NCBI RefSeq assembly: GCF_006345805.1
Contig: NW_021828441.1
Location: 1 to 8,177, forward strand
Direction: 5' to 3'
Source: Octopus sinensis
Taxonomy: Eukaryota
Length of the DNA: 8,177 nucleotides
In this document: one piece after another, positions 1-7,267 of the stretch
Numbering within the stretch: position 1 is the first letter of the stretch
How the letters are laid out: each line of letters begins with the position of its first letter
Translations under genes and position numbers: made by a program
Notes under the pieces: model-generated
Databases searched by the model: none
Told to the model about the DNA's origin: nothing
The model's input: only the letters and a program-made list of their open reading frames with translations

Positions 1-154
1 GTTTCTAAAGTGTGTACCATACTCTCGTTAATTTCTGTGCCATAAAGGTCTATATAAAATAAATGTGATTTGTATAACTTATTCAAAATTTGCGCTCGTT
101 TCAATATTTGCTGCCCCCACAAACGATCTCCGTGTGAATTAATGTTTGTAACAG

Positions 155-261
155 AGCCAAAGGCCAAATTATATTGACCCAGAGTGAGGCTGGCAACACC
201 CCAGCCTCGCCTGCTCGTCACCGTCGTATAGGCTTCAGTTCAACAAACCAAGCTGCTACCA
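155..261 (+). CDS. Candidate internal coding exon (AKGQIILTQSEAGNTPASPARHRRIGFSSTNQAAT), product unknown
   Basis: TGTTTGTAACAG acceptor ends at 154 and a consensus GTAAGT donor lies at 262-267. Only one frame is open across the interval (codons from 156); the other two hit TGA. It is GC-richer than its flanks and non-repetitive. An alternative acceptor CCAG ends at 182. No homology recognised. Confidence 0.35.
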
Positions 262-804
262 GTAAGTGGACGTTAACTGGGACGCCTTAGACTGATTTCC
301 CTTGCTCTGGGGGAAAATATTTTTCGATAATTAAATACGAATTAAGTTATAAAATGGAGAACTAGGCTATACTGTATTTTACATTCTGAACAAATAAGTC
401 CTTCCTACACGTTCGCTAATTAGATGAACGGCTCGTTAGAAAATATGCACACTGCAATATTAAAATGGTTAACAAACGTTCCGTCTGCTTCCTGAATTGC
501 ATATGTATTCATAGGAAGCTACCGCGATTTAATTACACATGCACGAACGCACACACTCCTCTGTACACAGGGCCACGCATGCGCATTCATTCGCGCACGA
601 TTGCACACATGTAATTCGATATGAAGCTCGGATTAATATTCATCAGATACGGACGATAAACTATAGTTCAGAGTTAATGATTAAGACACAAAAATAAATA
701 CATCGACTGAACACCACGGGACACCACACGCATCCCTGCAGGTGCATAACGGAGCGTTTTTAATGATTTTGCACTTGAGACATGGAACGACCCCCACCTC
801 TCTT

Positions 805-832
805 ATTTTCCAATTATATATATATATATATA

Positions 833-873
<41 letters not shown>

Positions 874-1268
874 ATATATATATATATATGCCGCACGCAC
901 ATCACCTACACACGCGCACACACATACACACGCACACACGCATACACACGCACACACACGTATTACATGTATATGTATTATATATATATATGTGTTTGTG
1001 TAAATGTACACCCCTAAGCACACGTGTACATACACATATATACATACATACATACATATATATATATATACATACACATATATATATACATACATATATA
1101 CTTACATATATATATATACATATATAGATATATATATAAAGAAACAATACATACGTATATACATACATATACACACACATATGCATACATACATACATCA
1201 TACATACATACATACATACATACATACATACATACATACATACATACACACATACATACATACATACA
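805..1268. repeat. Compound microsatellite: (TA)n 805-889, CA/CG-mixed repeat, TA/CA mix, (TACA)n to 1268
   Basis: Directly visible di- and tetranucleotide periodicity; explains the YI/HT/MYVC ORFs at 681-1345. Confidence 0.97.
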
Positions 1269-1325
1269 TTATACACTCTGCTATCTATAGATTTTTAAGC
1301 AACACTGTGTATATTGACAGATGTA

Positions 1326-1782
1326 TTGGGTTATCCCATAAATAATGAGGATTTTTTATACTTTTATTTCAAAATTAAGATAAACAAATTTCTTTTTTAA
1401 TCTAGAATATACTCTCCTTCATGTTCTACAATGCTCTTCCATCTATCTGGTAGACTTGCAAGACCCCCTCCTCCAAAATTCACTTGTCTGTGACGAAAAA
1501 TACTTCTCCAGTACTATTCTGACCTCGTTTACAGAATTCATATTTTTTCCGTCCAAATGATTTTGAAGACTGCGGAATAAATGATAATGAAATAGGGGCA
1601 ATGTCCGGCGAATATGGTGGGTGGGGCATCGTTTCCCATTCAAACTGCTTTAACCTTTGGAATGTCATCCTCGCTGTATGTAGCTGAGTATTATTCTGAT
1701 GGAAGAGCACCTTCCATCTTGAAACCAAAGATGGCCGTTTTTCTTCTTGCGCTGACTTAAGCCGCTCAAGCTACTCATAGTA
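1326..1782 (-). mobile_element. 5'-truncated mariner (Tc1/mariner) DNA transposon, copy 1, retaining one terminal inverted repeat (TIR)
   Basis: TA at 1324-1325 followed by TTGGGTTATCCCATAAATAATG, a mariner-like TIR. A 71-bp 3' UTR separates it from the transposase stop. Homology is lost near 1782; no second TIR seen. Confidence 0.88.
1397..1782 (-). pseudogene. C-terminal remnant of a mariner transposase (frameshifts and a premature stop)
   Basis: Minus-strand translation across frames: E*LERLKSAQEEKRPSLVSRWKVLFHQNNTQLHTARMTFQRLKQFEWETMPHPPYSPDIAP / YHLFRSLQNHLDGKNMNSVNEVRIVLEKYFSSQTSEFWRRG / LASLPDRWKSIVEHEGEYILD* (TAA at 1397-1399). Contains the mariner YSPD(L/I)AP motif; HQDN has decayed to HQNN. 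Confidence 0.93.
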
Positions 1783-1817
1783 GGTGACATAACAAATCTA
1801 GATTCGTTACGTCACCT
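1782..1817. other. 36-bp near-perfect palindrome without spacer
   Basis: AGGTGACATAACAAATCT|AGATTCGTTACGTCACCT; the arms match at 16/18 positions. Confidence 0.9.
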
Positions 1818-1910
1818 TTATGTTATGCCATGCTTTATATTAAAAGATAAGCTATAAATGTGGTCCGATCGATGTGTTTGTTAATCTGAGGTTTTCTCCA
1901 TGTTCTGATT

Positions 1911-1948
1911 ACACACACACACACACACCACACACACACACACACACA
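1911..1948. repeat. (CA)n microsatellite
   Basis: Directly visible, with one interruption. Confidence 0.97.
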
Positions 1949-1949
1949 T

Positions 1950-2357
1950 AGTGGCTGTGTGGTAAGTAGCTTGCTTACCAACCACATGGTTCCGGGTTCA
2001 GTCCCACTGCGTGGCATCCTTGGGCAAGTGTCTTCTACTATAGCCTCGGGCCGACCAAAGCCTTGTGAGTGGATTTGGTAGACAGAAACTGAAAGAAGCC
2101 TGTTGTATATAAGTATATATATATATCTATGTATGTGTGTGTATATGTTTGTGTGTGTGTTTTCCCCCCACCCAACATCGTTTAATAACCGATGCTGGTG
2201 TGTTTACGTCCCCGTAATTTAGCGGTTCGGCCAAAGAAACCGATAGAATAAGTACTAGGCTTACAAAGAATAAGTCCTGGGGTCGATTTCCCCGACTAAA
2301 AGGCGGTGCTCCAGCATGGCCGCAATCAAATGACTGAAACAAGTAAGGGAGTAAAAG
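1950..2357 (+). mobile_element. tRNA-derived SINE, family 'A' (label used here), copy A1, missing about 8 nt at the 5' end
   Basis: A box TGGCTGTGTGG 1952-1962, B box GGTTCAGTCC 1995-2004, CORE-like CCTTGGGCAAGT, internal TA/TG microsatellite about 2105-2160, 3' end CCAGCATGGCCGCA..TGACTGAAACAAGTAA. Colinear with the reverse complement of 4558-5032. Confidence 0.92.
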
Positions 2358-2457
2358 TGTATATGTATGTGTATGTGTATGCATAAAAGGGATAGATAAA
2401 TAGATAGAAAGATAGAAAGATTCATATATATTTATGTTTATATGTATATATATATAT
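2358..2457. repeat. Degenerate simple repeats (TATG, GATA/GAAA, TA)
   Basis: Directly visible short periodicities. Confidence 0.8.
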
Positions 2458-2735
2458 GCTCGCCCGCGTGTCTGTATATTGAAAGGGCGTGAGAGCGAGA
2501 GGGAGAGGGAGTAATTGTGATGGTTCGTTGCTTGGAGATTAGCAATGGCCCTTTATTCTACTCAGCTGAAAGGAGTACCAATTGTGTGCCAGTGTCGTGA
2601 TCTCCTCGTCCACCTGTAACATCTTGTATGTTCCTCTGAATGTAGAGAGGAAAGGCAAACAGGGTGTTTGTCTGATGCATGTATGAATGCATGTTTAATG
2701 TAAGAGCTCCTGCATCAAACATGCGTTAGCATTTT

Positions 2736-3108
2736 GTGGAAGCATTCCGTCGGTTACGACGACGAGGATTCCGGTTGATCCGACCAACGGAACAGCCTGC
2801 TCGTGAAATTAACGTGTAAGTGGCTGAGCACTCCACAGACACGTGTACCCTTAACGTAGTTCTCGGGGATATTCAGCGGGACACAGAGAGTGACAAGGCC
2901 GGCCCTTTGAAATACAGGTACAACAGAAACAGGAAGTAAGAGTGAGAGAGAAAGTTGTGGTGAAAGATTACAGCAAGGATCACCACCATTCCCTGCCGGA
3001 GCCTCGTGGAGCTTTAGGTGTTTTCGCTCAATAAACACTCACAACGCCCGGTCTGGGAATCGAAACCGCGAGTCCGCTGCCCTAACCACTGGGCCATTGC
3101 GCCTCCAC
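2736..3108 (-). mobile_element. tRNA-derived SINE, family 'B', copy B1, with decayed 16-bp TSD
   Basis: The minus strand begins GTGGAGGCGCAATGGCCCAGTGGTTAGGGCAGCGGACTCGCGGTTTCGATTCC (A and B boxes). The 5' ~180 nt are homologous to 5845-6030. Flanked by CATGCGTTAGCATTTT (2720-2735) and CATGCATTAGTATTTT (3109-3124), 14/16 identical. Confidence 0.9.
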
Positions 3109-3116
3109 CATGCATT

Positions 3117-3579
3117 AGTATTTTATATGCTTAAAACTTATAGCAATCACCGTGTAATGACTAAGGAAAATAGTCTAATAATGGGGCATATAAGTCTCCC
3201 CTACCTTGACAAAAAAAGAAACTAGGTTTTTCCGTACGCGTGAGACTCGAACCCACAACCCTTTGGTATATACGACTAAGTGTGTTACCGATTACACTAG
3301 CGAACTAACATCCGACTTCTTGTCAAATTAAAAAACTATATTAGTTCGTAGTTGTTTTTGCAAGCATCTTTCACGTGCTTTCACTGCGAATGGTTTTGTT
3401 AAGCAGCATCGATCTTTACAATTCTGTAGATAATAATAAAAGTATTTTATAAGACTAAAGCTTATAGCGATCACCGCGTAACGACTACGAAAAATAGTCT
3501 AATAATGGGATTCGTGTGGGGAAAACCTACTTTTTTCTGTCAAGACCTTATATGCCCCGTTATTAGACTATTTTCCTTA
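3117..3579. repeat. Unrecognised composite module: 69-bp direct repeat plus 60-70-bp inverted repeat enclosing a tRNA-like sequence
   Basis: 3117-3185 vs 3441-3509 align ungapped at 60/69. 3162-3194 vs the reverse complement of 3547-3579 match at 32/33, and homology continues with indels to about 3232 and 3518. Confidence 0.85.
3233..3306 (-). tRNA. tRNA-like sequence (probable pseudogene or tRNA-derived head; backbone most like tRNA-Asn, anticodon loop disrupted)
   Basis: Minus strand AGTTCGC TA GTGT AATCGGTA ACAC A CTTAG TCGTATATA CCAAAG GGTT GTGGG TTCGAGT CTCAC GCGTACG. D stem 4/4, T stem 5/5 (one G-U), acceptor stem 5/7, A box TAGTGTAATCGG, B box GGTTCGAGTC. The anticodon arm is 2 nt too long and poorly paired. 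A T7 run lies downstream (A7 at 3211-3217 on +). Confidence 0.6.
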
Positions 3580-3580
3580 C

Positions 3581-3731
3581 GCTTAGAGGCATTGCTTCCG
3601 TCTTAACGCCCTGAGCTCAAGTTCCGTCGTGGTCGACCTTGTCTTTCATCCTTTCGGGGTCGATGAAATAAGTACCAGTTACGCACTGGGGTCGATGTTA
3701 TTGAGTAACTCTCTCCCTCAAAATTTCAGGA

Positions 3732-3733
<2 letters not shown>
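3581..3733 (+). mobile_element. 5'-truncated, diverged SINE family 'C' copy
   Basis: GCTTAG..CTGAGCTCAAGTTCCGTCGTGGTCGACCTTGTCTTTCATCCTTTCGGGGTCGATGAAATAAGTACCAGTTACGCACTGGGGTCGATG is homologous to 3900-4050 and to the reverse complement of the 6487-7267 units. Confidence 0.85.
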
Positions 3734-3856
<123 letters not shown>

Positions 3857-3857
3857 T

Positions 3858-4110
3858 AAGGCGGTGAGCTGGCAGAATCGTTAGCACACCGGGCGAAATG
3901 CTTAGTGACATTTCGTCTGTCTTTACGTTCTGAGTTCAAATTCCGCCGAAGTCAACTTTGCCTTTCATCCTTCCGGGGTCTTTAAAATAAGTACCAGTGA
4001 AACACTTGGGTCAATATAATCAACTATCCCCCCTCCCCCCAAATTTCAGACCTTGTGCCTATAGTAGAAAAGACTATTATTATTATTATTATTATTATAT
4101 TATTATTATT
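3858..4110 (+). mobile_element. Full-length SINE family 'C' (short-tail variant C1) with (TTA)n tail
   Basis: Head AAGGCGGTGAGCTGGCAGAATCGTTAGC (A-box-like), GTTCAAATTCC at 3934 (B-box-like), central GCCTTTCATCCTTCCGGGGTC..AATAAGTACCAG, 3' end CCTTGTGCCTATAGTAGAAA, then (TAT)n 4075-4110. Confidence 0.9.
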
Positions 4111-4270
4111 TGTAGTAGTAGTAGTAATTATTTTGGAGCATATCAGTATCTGTAGGGTGCCAAATAGAATTCCTTGTAGTATTTAATGATCAGATCTCAA
4201 GGAACCCCCGTTCGGTTCGATTTTTCTACTTTCATTATCGTATTGTCTTTATTATTGATTGAGTTCGATC

Positions 4271-4450
4271 AAAGGAAGGAGAACAAGAAGATAATGATGA
4301 TGATGATGATGATGAAGAAAAAAATGAGGAAGAAAGCGTAGGAGAAGAACGAGAAAAGATGATGAAGATGATGATAGAGGAGGAGGGGGAGGAGGAGGAG
4401 AAGAAGAAGAAGGAAGAGGAGGAGAAGGAGGAAGACAAGGAGAAAAAGAA
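4271..4450. repeat. Purine-rich low-complexity tract, (GAT)n/(GAA)n/(GAG)n
   Basis: Mixed GAN triplet repeats visible directly. Confidence 0.85.
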
Positions 4451-4557
4451 GGTTGCGAGAAATGAATGTGATGACATCATACCTAATTAAATAAATTGGG
4501 TCGGAACGAAAGTCCGGAATGTTCTTTTAAGTAAAATTCAAAAGCAATATTTTGATC

Positions 4558-4806
4558 TTTTTTTTTTTTTTTACTTGTTTCAGTCATTTGACTGCGGCCA
4601 TGCTGGAGCACCGCCTTTTAGTCGAGCAGCTCAACCCCGGGACTTATTCTTTTTGTAAGCCCAGTACTTATTCTATCGGTCTCTTTTTGCCGAACCGCTA
4701 AGTGACGGGGACGTAAACACACCAGCATCGGTTGTCAAGCAATGCTAGGGGAACAAACACAGACACAAACATATACACACACATACATATATATATATCT
4801 ATATAT

Positions 4807-4868
<62 letters not shown>

Positions 4869-5032
4869 TACGACAGGCTTCTTCAGTTTCCGTCTACCAA
4901 ATCCACTCACAAGGCATTGGTCGGCCCGGGGCTATAGCAGAAGACACTTGCCCAAGATGCCACGCAGTGGGACTGAACCCGGAACCATGTGGTTGGTTAG
5001 CAAGCTACTTACCACACAGCCACTCCTGCGCC
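4558..5032 (-). mobile_element. Full-length SINE family 'A', copy A2, inserted in the 3' UTR of mariner copy 2
   Basis: The minus strand starts GGCGCAGGAGTGGCTGTGTGGTAAG at 5032 and ends CAAGT plus A15 (T15 at 4558-4572 on +). Internal (TA)n is expanded over about 4771-4870. Mariner 3' UTR sequence lies on both sides. TSD at best a weak AAG(T)ATCA. Confidence 0.94.
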
Positions 5033-5044
5033 TGATACTTACCT

Positions 5045-5844
5045 TTACTCAACCACTTTTGTTCCATTCTGTTTCATTACCTTTCGCCATTTTTGAGGCA
5101 GCTTCATGATTCAGTGCTCGCAGAACTTGGCATCTTTCTGAGTCGTGAACAGGTCTAAGTGGTTTTTGCAGCCTTTCAAAAAAAATTGAAGTTCTTCCCA
5201 TTAAGAGAATATTGTAAGGATGGAAATAAATGGTAGTCAGGCGCAAGATCAGAAGAGTACGGTGGGTGTGGTAGAGTATCCTAGCCAAGCTGTATCAATT
5301 TCTGCCGGGTCTGCAAGGAAGCACGAGGTCTAGCGTTGCCCTGAAGGTAGACGGCACCCTTCTGATTGGCCAATTCTGAACGTCTTTCATCGCTTGCCTC
5401 TTCAATTCGTCTAATTGCGAACAATATTTGTCTGAATTCAATGTTTGCTCTTGCAGAGGGAGCTCGAAATACACAACGCCCTTCCAATCCCACTAGATAC
5501 AATGCATCACCTTCGAACAGCGATCGGTTTTTAAAGTCGTTAAAAATGGTTCATTTCGTTTTCTCCAGGGCCTCTATCGCGTTACATTGTTGTAAACAAT
5601 CCCTTTTTCATAACCCGTGATCGTTCTTTTCAAAAATGGATAATTTTTGTTGCATTTGAGCAGAGAATCATAATAGGAAATGCGGTCCATTAAATGTTTT
5701 TCATTGCGATTCAAGGTGCCAAGTGTTTTCAAATATCTTATAACGCTTATATGAGATATGTGGAGTATATCCGCGTTGTCCCATGTCATGTGACCTGGTT
5801 TATTTTTGATTAGCGTTTCGATTTGGTTAATCATTACTAACTGG
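5045..5844 (-). pseudogene. Mariner transposase remnant, central and C-terminal part (mellifera-subfamily-like by motif recall)
   Basis: ...LMDRISYYDSLLKCNKNYPFLKRTITGYEKGIVYNNVTR*RPW...WDWKGVVYFEL..NSDKYCSQLDELK / ELANQKGAVYLQGNARPR..PHPPYSSDLAP / DYHLFPSLQYSLNGKNF / KLPQKWRKVMKQNGTKVVE* (TAA at 5045-5047). Multiple stops and frameshifts; TGDEKW is TGYEKG and DNARPH is GNARPR. Confidence 0.95.
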
Positions 5845-6147
5845 TGGAGGCATATGGCCTAGTGGTTAGAGCAGCGGAACTCACGGTCGAGGGATCACGG
5901 GTTCGAATCTCAGACCGGGCGATATGTGTGTTTATGAGCGAAACACCTAAGCTGCACGCGGCTCCGGCAGAAGGTAATGGCGAACTTCTGCTAACTCTTT
6001 CGCCACAACTTTCTCTCTCTCTTTCCTCCTGCATCTTGCAGCTCACCTGCGACGGACCGGCGTCCCGTCCAGGTGGGGAACCTATACGCCAAGGAAACCG
6101 GGAAACCGGCCCTAATGAGCCAGGCACGGTTCGAGAAGGAACAAACA
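5845..6147 (+). mobile_element. Full-length SINE family 'B', copy B2 (alternative 3' half), inserted in the transposase with a 16-bp TSD
   Basis: A box TGGCCTAGTGG 5855-5865 and B box GGTTCGAATC 5900-5909; AACAAACA tail. TSD AATCATTACTAACTGG (5829-5844) and AATCGTTACTAACTGG (6148-6163), 15/16 identical. Removing it restores the ...SGRHPVSND..NQIETLI transposase sequence. Confidence 0.95.
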
Positions 6148-6163
6148 AATCGTTACTAACTGG

Positions 6164-6346
6164 ATGCCTACCGGAACTTTCACAGTCTTCCATATCAAAA
6201 TTTTCGCTCCTGAACAGTCTTCTTAGCTATGGTAACCATCTCCTTAAACTACACAAGTTTTTTTTTTCTGATGTTTGTATTGCATTTTTTCCTTTCCGAA
6301 AACAAAAGAGCATCAAGTAACGAAAACGTATTCCATTTCTTACCAT
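6164..6346 (-). pseudogene. Mariner transposase remnant, N-terminal part
   Basis: ATG at 6346-6344: MVRNGIRFRYLMLFCFRKGKNAIQTSEK.. then ..FRSENFDMEDCESSGR, matching the mariner N-terminal pattern HFRHxMLFxFRKGKNA...FxxGxFxLEDxxRSGRP. Confidence 0.9.
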
Positions 6347-6486
6347 TTTTACTTTTAATGCAAAGATGGTAGAAATAAACCATCCGTACAATAATCGCAC
6401 AAAAAGACGTGTTGAATGTCATCTCTCAGAAAATAGACGTACGCCATACGCTTCTATCATGTGAAAAGCGAGGTAACGTGTTTAAA

Positions 6487-7267
6487 TACCTATTTCTATT
6501 TCTCTACTACCCACAAGGGGCTAAACCCAGAGAGGACAAACAAGGACAGACACACAGATTAACTCGATTATATCGACCCCAGTGCGTAACAGGTACTTAT
6601 TTAATTGGCCCCCGTAAGGATGAAAGGCAAAGTCGACCTCGGCGGAATTTGAACTCAGAACGTAGCGGCAGACGAAATACCTATTTCTTTACTGCTCACA
6701 AGGGCTAAACACAGAGAGTACAAACAGATTAAGTCGATTATATAGACCCCAGTGCGTAACTGGTACTTATTTAAACGACCCCGAAAGGATGAAAGGCAAA
6801 GTCGACCTCGGCGGAAATTGAACTCAGAACGTAACGGCAGACGAAATACCTATTTCTTTATTACCCACAAGGGGCTAAACATAGAGGGGACAAACAAGGA
6901 CAGACATAGGTATTAAGTCGATTACATCGACCCCAGTGCGTAACTGGTACTTAATTTATCGACCCCGAAAGGATGAAAGGCAAAGTCGACCTTCGGCGGA
7001 AATTGAACTCAGAACGTAACGGCAGACGAAATACCTATTTCTTTATTACCCACAAGGAGCTAAACATAGAGGGGACAAACAAGGACAGACATAGGTATTA
7101 AGTCGATTACATCGACCCCAGTGCGTAACTGGTACTTAATTTATCCACCCCGAAAGGATGAAAGGCAAAGTCGACCTCGGCGGAATTTGAACTCACAACG
7201 TAACGGCAGACGAAATACTGCTAAGCATTTCGTCCGACGTGCTAACGATTCTGCCAGCTCGCCGCCT
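6487..7267 (-). mobile_element. SINE family 'C' (long-tail variant C2) as one head plus four tandem body units, in the mariner 5' UTR, with a 13-bp TSD
   Basis: Perfect TSD TAACGTGTTTAAA at 6474-6486 and 7268-7280. Head 7216-7267; units 7032-7215 (184 bp), 6847-7031 (185 bp), 6678-6846 (169 bp), 6487-6677 (191 bp). Confidence 0.95.

Noticed and set aside
531-616. AATTACA...TGTAATT inverted ends around a CA/GC-rich stretch
   Set aside because: Only 7 bp match perfectly, which is expected by chance in AT-rich and CA-repeat context.
681-1345. Nine overlapping ORFs rich in YI, HT and MYVC
   Set aside because: They are translations of TA, CA and TACA microsatellites, which lack stop codons in several frames.
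2566-2625. Plus-strand 60-bp AG...GTATGT candidate exon
   Set aside because: All three frames contain stop codons.
1835-3038. ORFs 1835-2017, 2127-2384 and 2754-3038
   Set aside because: They run through SINE A1, SINE B1 and microsatellites, with no protein-family signal.
4263-4490. Stop-free acidic and lysine-rich frame on + (and the Ser/Phe ORF 4235-4480 on -)
   Set aside because: GAN-triplet low-complexity DNA is stop-free by composition. There is no convincing acceptor, donor or early start codon.
4698-5035. ORFs 4698-4910 and 4742-5035
   Set aside because: They lie entirely within SINE A2 and its (TA)n tract.
5366-5620. Plus-strand 84-aa ORF
   Set aside because: It is an antisense shadow of the mariner transposase remnant.
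5837-6320. The two longest ORFs (118 aa on -, 158 aa on +)
   Set aside because: Both are read-throughs of SINE B2 and adjacent mariner DNA; only the first 15 aa of the minus ORF are transposase-derived.
6409-6708. 99-aa plus-strand ORF
   Set aside because: It spans the mariner 5' UTR (antisense) and SINE C2 units.
6487-7267. Regular repeats superficially like a CRISPR array
   Set aside because: The units are 169-191 bp and homologous over their whole length, with no unique spacers, in a eukaryotic SINE context with a TSD.
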